A stretch of 64,000 nt of DNA, from the IMG/VR virus record IMGVR_UViG_3300019776_000194, positions 20,395-84,394 of that record; one strand, given 5' to 3'. Below the pieces are notes generated by a model, which was not told where the DNA came from, did no database searches, and saw nothing but the letters and a program-made list of their open reading frames with translations. Shown here one piece after another: positions 49,536-60,496 of the stretch. Origin of the DNA: a virus. Positions within the stretch are counted from its first letter, which is position 1; the number at the start of each line of letters is the position of its first letter. Made by a program: the position numbers and the translations under genes.

Positions 49536-50332
49536 CCTTCGTAAGATATCAGGCTGCTCACATATTACTCTTCAAAATAAATGTCTTATAGGGTGCTTAA
49601 AACGCTCTGTAAGACATTCCCGTTTGTGCATAATATTCATGTATTATCACACCTCATATTTCCTGATAAATTCCCCTATTTGATAAAATCTAAAAATTTA
49701 ATTTTATATGTTGTTTCAATACACATATTGTTGTTATTTTATACAGTAAATATCTGGAACGGCTAAATTTAATAAAAATTTTTCTGGAGTGACACTTGTT
49801 TGGCAGGATAACTTTCCCGATTCTTGAAATATATCTAGTAGTTTAACATGGGCGAGAGTGCATGTTGGAAATTGCTCAGAGGCACAAGTCCCATTAAGCA
49901 GGGGGTGGAACCCTCTCCGTGGAACATGCCGTGGAACATAAAATATCTACACATCCCTCGAAACCCGCGCCACGTGTAGTAACCACCTGTTTACTTCCTT
50001 CAATACAAGCGATTAGGGACGCTTAAATCATCGGATACAGTAAGACATAGGACAGCTATAGAACGTGCCTTGTGAGTGCTTCTAATGCCTTGTAATGAGT
50101 ATTGTAAGCTATGCTAGGATAGGTTAGCTCATGAGGATATAGGAAGGGAATAGGTAGGACGACTGGTACATGATAGCATTTCGCTATGTTATGCACCAAT
50201 TGGTGCATGTGTTGTGGTATTAGTAATACGTCGATCTAGTACCTTAGTACAGTGTCTTTCGGTGAAATGTGAGTGGTCACTCACTTCTATACTGGAAAGC
50301 TTGCATTTGACCATCAATAGTGTATCAGTCCA

Positions 50333-50378
50333 CTACTACATATAGATAGAATGCAAGAAAGGACACTAGATATAGTGC
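50333..50378. promoter_or_regulatory. Tandem NrdR-box-like sites
   Basis: ctaCtAcATaTaGata (50333-50348) and acaCtAgATaTaGtgc (50363-50378) versus the NrdR consensus acaCwAtATaTwGtg; 30 bp apart. Confidence 0.45.
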
Positions 50379-50402
50379 TTTACAGGTGTATTGCCAGCAC
50401 AT

Positions 50403-50428
50403 AAAAGAAAGCCGCTGAGAAGCGGCTT
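50403..50428 (-). terminator. Intrinsic terminator ending the leftward early genes
   Basis: AAGCCGCT-loop-AGCGGCTT stem with an A-run on the left. Confidence 0.75.
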
Positions 50429-50460
50429 AAATGGTCTTACTGCATCAATCTACCAACATG

Positions 50461-53400
50461 CTATCGAATACCTCGTAATACCCCATACAAGCATATGCCG
50501 AATACAGTAAGCACTAACAATAAGAACGTACACAATAGAAAGCCTCGCACAATAGGATACTTATACGCTATACCAGACCGACCATTAGCATACTTAAAAT
50601 CAACAGTAAGCATAGTAAATGGTATCAACAATAAAGCTACCATCGTAGCAACAACTAACAGGAATACACCTAAGTCCAAAATACTTACTTCTAACATGAT
50701 ATGCACCTTATGAAATGAATTGGTAATACAGCCCGCTCTGCGCGGGCTTCTCTTTAATTATACTACTGTCAAATGACTACTATGGAAAGCCTTAGATACC
50801 TCTTTGCGCTTGCCTTTAGGTACCCAGTTGATATAGATCAAACCTTCCACACCTAATGTCGGTGCACATTGAAAGTCTACTGTACCTACTACACCGACGA
50901 ATTTATCTTCATAATGTGATGTAACTTGAACTTTTGTACCGGATGTGAATGTAGTCATTTTATTTCCCCTTACTAGGCTTTGCGGAATTGCTTGCCCGAT
51001 GTAGTTATTATAGACTACTGAAAAAGAATTGCAAGCACTTTGTGAAAATAAACGACAAAAAGCGCAATAACTTAATATTGCGCTGGAATGTCTAAAAAGT
51101 AGTTTAGTTATATAAGTTTATAAACAAGCCTTGTATAGCCTAAACTATTGCACGTTTCAGAGAGCTTATACCGCTTTCCTGTCATTTTCTTAAACTTTGC
51201 TGATATTGATCTAAACTTTCTCTTGCTTGTACCATGATAATGCTTCAAACTTTCTGAAAGAATGCCAAAATCAGCATGCAAATTCGTATAAATGGAATAG
51301 CTTTCTTGGAGTGTTTTGTCGTTTATAATGTGATAACAATACACTTCCAAAGCATTACTATTCTTTTTAATTAATTCGTCATATGTGCTCACGATACTCG
51401 CCTAATCTCTATTGATCTGTGTTTATACTTGATTGCACTAATACACTTCGGTCTTACAATAAGCGCTTCCTTGAATGTCATAGGGTCAAAGCTTGATCGT
51501 GTCACTCTGTCCTTAGTCTTGTAGTAGATTGTATATAGTCTATTGTCCATGTTATAACCTAGTCATATTAAGTTTAACCATCAAAGCCAAGTTAGCCTTA
51601 GTCAAATCCACTTGCTTACACTTCATTTCCTTGAAGCCTGTTGAATAGTCTCCAGTCTGGAAACAATAGAATCCATTATCAAAGCCTGTATAAGACCAGC
51701 CAATAGGGGCAATTGCTTTGCAAATTTCTTTATGGTTAGTAATTGGTGTTTTCATAATCCTACCATCTCAACTGTACCAGCAACGATTTAATAAACAACT
51801 TCTTAGTATTCCCACTAAATGACACACCTTGCCGTGTAGCATATTGTTTTGCCTCTGCTAGTGTAATGTGATTTAAGTCAAGCTTTTCCACTATTGACAA
51901 AATACTCTGTCTTTTCCATGTGTCCATTATTTAAACCCCTTCATAGCTTCCATGTTTTCCATCATGTCTCTTTCAAACATAATCAATTTCTTTCTAATAA
52001 AGTTAATAACTCATCAACTGAATATTGCCAAGTATTGCCCCGAATTAAGCTTTGCATTGTAACATAACTCCCGCAATCAGACAATGATACAGGTTTTGAA
52101 TTGCAGTATTTTCTTCTGGAAAGCTTAACAGCGTACTTCCAAGCAATTGACTTTGATTTTAACATAATTTAAGCCTCGCAAATAACTAGTAAATCAGATT
52201 GAAATCGTAAATCGACTTGTTTAATTGCATTCTTTAAACTATCCATTTTATGCAATGACCAGACAGAAAACCAACGTTCTATGCCATCTTTAAAAACTAA
52301 TTGCCAGTCTGTCCCGTGGTAATAAATTTTAATCATACCAACTGATGAATTATAGAAAGCATACATTATAAAACCTCTTCAAAAGTAAATAGTCACCCAT
52401 TAATTGTAAGAATTTCCCCACTATCTAAGCACAATGCCTTGAATGTAGAATCAAAATCAACTTCAGTAAAAACATGAATAAACAAATCGTATTGTGGACA
52501 GCTTGCAATGTATTTTTTCATAGAATAAGCCTATAAAGAAAATTAAGAGAATAGCCCGCTTGAGCGGGCGTTAAATGTTAGCAATAAGTTTCAATTGCAA
52601 ATGAATTACCAGTCTGAATAAAGTTTGTCAACATGTTGTGACGTTCCCAAAATGCAGCGTATTCGATAGCTTCATTTTTATCGTTGAACCAAACTGTATT
52701 GATTAAAGTCATGATATTTCTTCCTATTTAATTATGCGCAAATTTGCGACAAACAAATCATCTCATGAATTACTTTTAGCTGTCAACCACTTATTTCAAA
52801 ATACTTTTAAATTCATTTTCGCAGTATTTAGACCATTTAGGAATTTTACCCTGAGTTATCAAATTATGCTGAACATCGAAAAATTCTCTTAACTCCTCGA
52901 AGTTATTGAACACGTCTATAAAACCATTGTTTGATATTGTGACGGTCTTCGATACCTTGCAAACATCTAGTTTCAGATTGTAATATTGTGCAAATCTCTT
53001 GCAATAGGTTTTGTTCAGTAAATTCATTTTAACGCCCCTTGTAAAGCATAATTGTACATTTCTCGCTTATCCGTTCCCCGCTTCCATTGTTTGCCTTTGT
53101 AAGCCGTTTTAACGTGCTTCTCGCTTGTTTCTTGTTGCTTAGGCTTATTCGTACTTGTACGAATTATTTTATTAGTGTAAATGTTGCTTTGCATTTTAGT
53201 CTTTCAGTAAGTTGGTAATGTTCTCTTTTGCTTCTCTAATTACGTGATCTATCATATCCGAACAATAATCCTCTTTGATATTCCAAAATTCTTCAAAAGT
53301 ATTATAAATGCAACTACCAAGATAATAGTCAGCTAGTTCTATACCGTTTTTACTTGCTGTGATTTTAGCAAGAAAATGTACGTATTCACCAGAATTAATT

Positions 53401-54900
53401 TTATCTTGTGTTTCTTTCGCATCTTCATATTCGCTGAAACTGTCAAAAATGTTATCATCAGCGGGGAGAGCATAAAACGATATTAAAAAGCCTTGAATAG
53501 TTTGTTGTTTAATTAACATTTTATTCACCTTATAAATAATTTAAATTAATCTTGCTTTGTTGGAGCTGTACCACATTGCGCAGATATCCAGTCGATAATA
53601 CCACGTTTATAAATGTGACTTTTCCACACTTTGCCTGAGCTGTCTACAGCTTGCCATTTTGCAAGGCTACAAGGGCTATATTGAATTGTGAATTGTAATT
53701 TAGGTAAATGCATCATGTGGTTAGTCTTTCGAGTATTTTAAAATCAATTCATCGAGCTTGCTTTGATGTTCTGCTATAAGCTTTTCACATTGTGAGATTC
53801 GTTCTGGTTGCTCATTTTTAGCCTTATATCGTGCAATCGCATCTTGATAAAGCTTTATATTCCTATCGTGCTTTTCTCGCAACTGTATCAATATTTCTTT
53901 ATTAGTCATAGGTATATCATAGATAAGCCTAGATACTATATCACAGCCGTGTGTATCACCGTCAATGTAACAATCTAGGCGCTTATCTTGATCTAGGGTT
54001 TTAAGATATTCGATAGCATTAGTAACTGTCAAGCCATCAATTTTATCTATCCAATTGATATTAACCGCTTTTAATTTAGTGTAAGACATAGTTAGCCTTA
54101 GAATGAAGAACAATAAACAAAATAAGTTACACCGTCATTTTCGTACTCACCACAAACAATCGTATTATCTTGCAAGTAATCCCTCACGGCATCGACAATT
54201 TCCTCGTCTGTCATGCTGTCATCAATATCTATACGATAATCTGAAGCGATATCTGCTACACGAGATTCTGAGTAGTCACAAGCGATTGCAACTAGATCAA
54301 ATTCCAATTCCGTCTCGCAACCGCTTTCCATTTCTTCCAAGTAGTCGAAAAGAATTTCTAGGCCGTCATAACTGAAATTGTCGCGGTATGACGAAGTTAA
54401 GAATGCATCAATAAAATGTTGTTTAGATACTGTAGTTTTCATAATCAAATTCTTTCAATAAAATTTAAGAGGGGTAATACAACAAAGAAAACGACAAACA
54501 AAATAATGCTAGCTTGACGTGTTGAAAGGTTTTTCATAATGAGTTTAATTCTTTCGCTTTTGCTTCGCAGAATTTGAAGCCTGTACCAATAAAATAGTAT
54601 ACATACGTTTTTGTGTCTAATACTGCCCACTTGTTTTTATACTTACATGCACGATAAACATTCATTTTATAAGATGGTAGCATAATAAAATCCTTAAAAA
54701 TTCAATATAAAATAAGACAATTTGAAGCAATTCCATGATTCACCTGTAATTATAAAACGTAAACAGTAAAATCATTTACAACAGTTTTATGCTTTCCACA
54801 GTAATGTGTTGAATAATCGTTAGAATAATATTTTGTATACCATTCACCCATAAAGTAAAATCTTGAGTGTGGTGCAAGCTCTGAGAATAAAATAGGCTTC
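50461..54900 (-). CDS. Leftward cluster of small early-type hypothetical proteins (50461-50706, 50758-50958, 51108-51392, 51552-51755, 51983-52165, 52169-52366, 52791-53027, 53196-53528, 53721-54113, 54098-54448, plus several under 60 aa)
   Basis: Co-oriented short ORFs separated by promoters (51007-51034, 55065-55093) and GC hairpins (50730-50749, 51061-51083, 52553-52569). Confidence 0.65.
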
Positions 54901-55064
54901 ATAATATACCTTTAACTAATTGATTAAATTCCTACATTCTAGCACATAACATCATAATAAAATAAATGGGATTTTTAACGTGTTTTTACCAGTTCCCCAC
55001 ATGCTGCATTTATTCTATTACTTTGTCCAAAGTTTCGTAAAACTTGTTTAGTGCCAGTGGTTGA

Positions 55065-55093
55065 ACTATAGCGAAACAAAAAGAATCTGTCAA
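55065..55093 (-). promoter_or_regulatory. Sigma70-type promoter (leftward)
   Basis: TTGACA-17 bp-TATAGT. Confidence 0.7.
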
Positions 55094-55139
55094 GCTAATT
55101 CTTAAAATAAATTTGAAATAGTTCTTTTGTTGAAATAGC

Positions 55140-55168
55140 TTGCATTCTGATTTTAGATGGTCTACATT
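55140..55168 (+). promoter_or_regulatory. Sigma70-type promoter (rightward, divergent)
   Basis: TTGCAT-17 bp-TACATT upstream of 55204-55407. Confidence 0.55.
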
Positions 55169-55203
55169 ATCACTTGTGCGATTTGCACTAATAACAAACG
55201 AAG

Positions 55204-55407
55204 GTGGAAATTATGAAAGCATGGAATATCAAACAACTATATGAAGCACTTCAAAACGACTTACTTACATGCAATACTGATTTCGAGAAAAGCATGTGCA
55301 AAGCAATTGGCGGCAAACAAATAAGAGAATCAGCAATTGAATTTGCTAAAACTCGCAAGTTGACCCCGATTGAAGTTGCAATTGCTCAAGAATTCGGTTA
55401 TAAATAA
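55204..55407 (+). CDS. Hypothetical protein (isolated + strand gene)
   Basis: ORF behind its own promoter; likely start MKAWN at 55213. Confidence 0.6.
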   Translation: MEIMKAWNIKQLYEALQNDLLTCNTDFEKSMCKAIGGKQIRESAIEFAKTRKLTPIEVAIAQEFGYK

Positions 55408-55985
55408 TTTCAAACACGGGCTAAAGTTTCCTCTCTTTAGTCCGTTATAGTTGTTCCCTTCGCTGTCCGTCTCATTGACAGCACACAATAATCTATCATC
55501 GTATTCCGAAGCCGATTATTGCCTCGTTTCGCCTTCCTTTGGAATAGCGCTATTAATCCGGTTTTGCACGATTACTTTATAACGTGATTTAAGCCGCTCT
55601 GAGCCGTTTAAATGATTTAGGCTAGTAAGTATCCAACCTAATGTTTTAAATTGATTCTGAGCGGTTTAAACCAAGCTATAACGGTATTCTATAACATCCT
55701 TTGAGCTGTCCGAGCTTGCCAGAGCAATTCCTTGCAAGAAACATTGCAGCCAGGGAATGTTACATCCTAGTAATATTACTTGCAGGAAATGTTGCAAATC
55801 AGAAAGTTTCCCACAAGAAACATGACATTTCAACAAGATTGGCACGGAAAACGAGGAATTCATGGGGAGGGGAAATGATTATATAACTGCAAAGGTTGGC
55901 TTTAAAATTTTTAAATTTTATAAATTTATTTTATAGAATATTCCACAGATATTTCCAAGCCTTGAGTGGCAACTCCACATACAAC

Positions 55986-56020
55986 AAAACCCTGCTTCCA
56001 GTAAAGGAGTGACAGGGTTA
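55986..56020 (-). terminator. Intrinsic terminator
   Basis: AACCCTG...CAGGGTT stem with an A-run on the left. Confidence 0.65.
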
Positions 56021-56027
56021 TAAATCT

Positions 56028-57441
56028 TTACAAATAGTATTTCAAACAAAAATTAACATTGCTAAAGCCAGCAATTAAGCTATCCAAGTTGCGCATATTG
56101 ATATGTTTGCTGCCTGTTATCATATCTGAGTAATGTCCGTTAGCAAGAAAATGTCTGATAGCAGCATTTAAGAACTCCACTTCACATTTCTCAGTGAGCT
56201 TTATAACCACAGGAGAATTTTCATCCAACCTGTTAACTGAAATACTCATAATGTCTCCTTGACTTTATTGTGAAACTTATTCAGTTCCTGATGTACATAG
56301 TTATAGTCAATAGCAGGATTATAAAGATAACCAACTCCTAAATGTTCCATACCATCTCTTACCCTTTTGCTTGTAGACTCTCCCAATACACCTAACAAAC
56401 TGAAATACTCCTCTGCTGTCTCCAATGTAATTGTAATAGGGACATACTTAGGCTTCTCTACTCCTTGTTGTGTCACTTTCATTATACTACCTCCTTATTA
56501 AGCTCGTCTTGAGCAAATTTAAACACATAAAACTTCCCACTATCCTTTGGGCAACAAACTCTGTTGTTCTGTCTAGGTGTGATAGCTCTAATACAACTAG
56601 CCTCAACATCTAGTACACAGCCTCTGCAAAGGAAGTTGTCAAGCTTGTTCTCATAATTATTCTCTACAAGAACAATCTCCCTACCCTTGTAATACATTCT
56701 TTCCATGTTCCCTCCTATATTCGTGCAGATAAATGTGTAGCATGCCACTAATTAAGCGCAGAAAACTGTATAAAACGCTATATACTACACATTTTGTGTT
56801 ATTCAAATTACATTTTCCAAGGCAAATCGTATTTTCCTAGGTCAAATGATTTTGAAAAAGTTCGATGAATTCCTATTCAATCGGTTTTCCTATACCACAG
56901 GCTTCAATCCTCGCAAAGCATCTTCCAATTCCTTCTTAGAGTACTTCTGTCCCATTAGCTCTACGGTTTCATCATATTCAACATTAATAACTACTTGTTC
57001 TACGACAGGAATGAGTTCATACGACTTTGTAGTTTTGATGGTGTATTCTTCTGATGACTTTACTCTACTGTAGCCATCCTGACCAATCCGTACAAAACCG
57101 TCCTCTGTTGTGTATATCCAAGGCATCAAGCTCGCATCCTCAGTAAACATAACAACGCTTCCATAACTCTTCCATCCATACCCAATAGAAAACAAAGCTT
57201 CCTGAACCTCTTTAGACTGCTCTGGAGATGTCACTTTAAACTTCATGGCTTTGAATGTTGGCTTTACAAGTTCAAAGTAACTTCCAGAATAATATCTATC
57301 TCCTCCCTCTAACGCAACAGTACCGTCCTTAAATATGTTCTGTATCACATAAGTGTTACCTTCTTGCATAAACCCACTATCATAGGTTGCTACGTAAGGT
57401 GTTGTACGCACCACTTTATCACCTGCTTTAAATTTATTCAT
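56028..57441 (-). CDS. Hypothetical proteins (56028-56249, 56246-56482, 56482-56748, 56890-57441)
   Basis: Overlapping leftward ORFs with SDs. Confidence 0.65.
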
Positions 57442-57452
57442 ATATGTTCTCC

Positions 57453-57839
57453 TCAAGCATAAACGTCATAGAACGAAGCATATTCATTATGCTGTCCTAC
57501 AAGCTTCACACTCATGTCATACAGCAGCTCATAGCTAGGCACAGCAGATAATGCCAAGCTTCCCCAATGGTTTTGCACATCCTGAGAGGCGTCTTTGTTA
57601 TATCCATTGTTGCTGAACATGTCAATAACAAGCTCTGTATTAGCCATATTGCCAAACACAGGAATGTAGCTCTGCCAAATTTTAGCAATGTCATGGCTAG
57701 TCTTGCCATTAGCCATTTCATTCATCCAATATTGAAAGCCTTCTGCGTCTGGTACTTTGTTGAATGCTACGTCATACATTGCTGTAAGAATGGCTGCATT
57801 CTTGGCTGTAATATCATTGATTGTTTGTGTGTTGTTCAT
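57453..57839 (-). CDS. DUF4214-like (S-layer-associated) domain protein
   Basis: AMYDVAFNKVPDAEGFQYWMNEM..G motif typical of DUF4214; AAGGAGAA SD; promoter TTGACA-17-TACACT at 57924-57952. Confidence 0.7.
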   Translation of the reverse strand: MNNTQTINDITAKNAAILTAMYDVAFNKVPDAEGFQYWMNEMANGKTSHDIAKIWQSYIPVFGNMANTELVIDMFSNNGYNKDASQDVQNHWGSLALSAVPSYELLYDMSVKLVGQHNEYASFYDVYA

Positions 57840-58012
57840 TGTAATTCTCCTTTAATTAAATTGTTAAAACAAAGCTTCTTCACATAAGTCTGTGTCAAAT
57901 ACCACTTCTTTGACAACATCGTAAGTGTAGCTATTATCACTAGGCTTGTCAAGAGAAATTTTGAGTAATTCTCCGAAGTCATCATATATTTTGTATGTGG
58001 TCTTAAATATCT

Positions 58013-58252
58013 TCACGATATTTCTCCTGTGTTTTGTAGAGCTTCATACTTCAGGTTGTTATATTTATCAAATGCTTCTTGTTGAGATATGGTGATTAAC
58101 ACTTGCTTACCGTTGTACTTCACCGTATATACATCTGAATATGGATTGTACCATAAAACTATACTGTTTGGTAAATCTATTGGCGAGCATCTAATGTTAA
58201 TCTCCTTATCTAAAGATAGAATAAAATCTCTTTCTGTAACAACATCTTTCAC
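58013..58252 (-). CDS. Hypothetical protein
   Basis: ORF with AGGAGG SD, downstream of promoter TTGACA-17-TAATAT (58286-58314). Confidence 0.6.
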   Translation of the reverse strand: MKDVVTERDFILSLDKEINIRCSPIDLPNSIVLWYNPYSDVYTVKYNGKQVLITISQQEAFDKYNNLKYEALQNTGEIS

Positions 58253-58346
58253 ACATCCTCCTTGTATTTGTTAGCGAATGTGAGCATATTAGCTCATCTA
58301 ATTTTGTATGTCAACATTTATGTTATGTTACGTTTCCATTCCCCAT

Positions 58347-58386
58347 AAAGCAAAAGAGCCATAATCCAACTAAGGACTACAGCTCT
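58347..58386 (-). terminator. Intrinsic terminator
   Basis: AGAGCUGUAGUCC/GGAUUAUGGCUCU stem with G.U pairs, followed by a U-run on the - strand. Confidence 0.7.
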
Positions 58387-58481
58387 ATATTCTTTATTTA
58401 TCATTTTGTTCTGGTATAACGTACTTGAAGTAAACTAGAAGAAACTGAATGTACTTTATAATAGCACTTTACAGTAGAATA

Positions 58482-58650
58482 CTATCAACCTTGTTCAAAC
58501 TTTTTACTCGCTACTCATAAGCCCCCAAACCCCCATTACACAATTGATGTATAATAGAAGTTTTAGCATTATGGTAGTTTGTAAAGAGAAACAACATAAG
58601 TTGCTATCAACCTCATCCCAAACTATTCCACTCTACTACTCACAAGCCCC
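58482..58650. repeat. Imperfect direct repeat, about 45 bp x 2 (58482-58525 and 58604-58650)
   Basis: CTATCAACCT...CAAACT...ACTC..CTACTCA(T/C)AAGCCCC in both copies. Confidence 0.75.
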
Positions 58651-58659
58651 GTATGTAAA

Positions 58660-58688
58660 ATTATAGCAAGAAGTGTTCCAAAATACAA
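58660..58688 (-). promoter_or_regulatory. Sigma70-type promoter facing the non-coding repeat unit
   Basis: TTGTAT-17 bp-TATAAT with extended -10 TG. Confidence 0.65.
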
Positions 58689-58767
58689 GTAGCTCTTATA
58701 TACTCAATAGTTATATAGAACAGAATAATTAGATTTAAGTAATATAAAGTGATTCTCAACAAATCTC

Positions 58768-58796
58768 TTGACAAGCAAATTTAAATACGTAATAAT
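58768..58796 (+). promoter_or_regulatory. Sigma70-type promoter
   Basis: TTGACA-17 bp-AATAAT. Confidence 0.65.
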
Positions 58797-58850
58797 GGCT
58801 CCACTGTTCAAGCAATGGCTTGGACGACATTAACCAGACAGGAGAATTAA

Positions 58851-59072
58851 ATGAAAGCCATAGACTTCCTACTTAGCATAAAAGATGCTCTGCCAATGTC
58901 CAACGAAAAGCCTTGCACAAAAGCTTCTAACAGTGAATTAAGACGTTGGATTCAACAAGGCGTAGTGTTATTTAACACAGAACGAGTGGAGATTAACGAA
59001 GAGATAGACTTCCCAATATTTTCGTTAGTTATATTTCCAAATAGCAAGAAAAAACGTTGTACATTAGTTTAA
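58851..59072 (+). CDS. Stand-alone S4-like RNA-binding domain protein
   Basis: SNSELRRWIQQGVVLFN resembles the S4/TyrRS C-terminal motif S.SEARRLI.QG.V.IN. Confidence 0.55.
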   Translation: MKAIDFLLSIKDALPMSNEKPCTKASNSELRRWIQQGVVLFNTERVEINEEIDFPIFSLVIFPNSKKKRCTLV

Positions 59073-59087
59073 ATTAAGGAGAACAAA

Positions 59088-60496
59088 ATGAAAGATATGA
59101 GCTACTACACAACAATGACAACCATATACCCTAACAAACATGACTACCAAACAACATATTATTACAAAGCAGGAGTATGTGTTGGAAACTCAAATGATAA
59201 GAGTGTTCCTTCAGACTACTCTATAAAAGAAACTATTGTTGATGAGAAGAATTATAAAGAGCATCTGGCACAATACAATAATGAGAAAGCAAAGCTTCAT
59301 AACGAGTTCAAACTAGATTTATTTGAAGAGCTTGGCATTACAGATCATCCTAAGCGTGAGAAATTGTTTGAGAAAGCTTGGGAGAATTCTCGCAGCGATG
59401 GACTCTATGCTGTACTGAATGAAGCTGAAGAGCTTGTTGATTTGATTAACTGAGGAGAATGTAATGAATACAAACATGCCAGAACTAAAAGCTAATCTAG
59501 GAGAACATATCTCAGACTTCCTAAAACGAGCACTAAAAGAGGTGAGAGAATCTAACTGGAATGGCTTTGTTGCAAAGCATAATGACATTGAAGTTGTTGT
59601 ATATCGAAACAGCAGTTATCTAGATGTTTGTGATAAGTATGATATGCAAGTGAAGATTGTACGTTTAGAACATAAATTGAATAGGGAGAAATAACATGAC
59701 ACGAAAAGATGAATTCCTAGAGAAACTTAAAGCTCTATTACGAGAGTATAATGCTGAGATTTCTATTGAGACAGTTACAAGAGGTTGGTCAGACGATCAC
59801 AACATACAAATTTACGCTGATTCTATTTATAAAGATTATGAGTGCGTTGCAGAGGGATTTGAAATCAATCTAGGTTGTTGGGAGAATGGAAAATGACACT
59901 ACAAGAATTCCTATCCTTATGCCCTCCAGAAATGAGGTTAGGGCAGCATTTTGTTTGTAGCTATTGGAAAGGTTGTGATGAAGACTCACAGAGGTTATTT
60001 CAATTAGACGGGGATGATGCTGAACGATTCATACTAGAGCTAATGGAAGATTTTCAGTGGACAACATTACCAGAACCTAGACGATATTGGGAGGAATGAT
60101 GACAGAAGAGACAATCTACATAGAAATACCAGACTACATAGTTTCTTGGAGGGATTTAATGGATTTTACAGGTCAGTGTTGGTGTGTTCAAACTAAGCAC
60201 TACTTTGATGGCAGAGAAGAAGTTAGCATTGAGAAGAACACACTGAAAATTAATCTAGAGGACTTTTTATGAACGAAGAAGACAAGCTAGACACAGAGCT
60301 AAAAGCTCTATACAATGCATATTGGCAAGGACTACAGATAAGGAACAACTCAGAATACTTAGAGTTTGAAGCTGAAGAAGACATAGCTGTATGGGAAGGC
60401 ATGATGGCTAACAGGGAGAAAATTGCTGAGAAGGCTTTTGCGTTAGAGATTGCTGAGAGTAGGTTGTTTTATTTGGAGAAAGGGAAGAAGCTATGA
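59088..60496 (+). CDS. Small hypothetical proteins (59088-59453, 59464-59694, 59696-59896, 59893-60099, 60096-60272, 60269-60496)
   Basis: Abutting ORFs with SDs. Confidence 0.65.

Noticed and set aside
49581-49766. ORF 49581-49766 (and 55666-55886) as genes
   Set aside because: No clear SD, atypical composition, and overlap with structured non-coding elements
50191-50208. Definite NtrC binding site
   Set aside because: Spacing is TGCACC-N4-GGTGCA rather than N5; kept only as an unexplained palindrome
58482-58650. Mini CRISPR array
   Set aside because: Only two diverged, non-palindromic copies with a 78-bp gap, and no cas genes in the window
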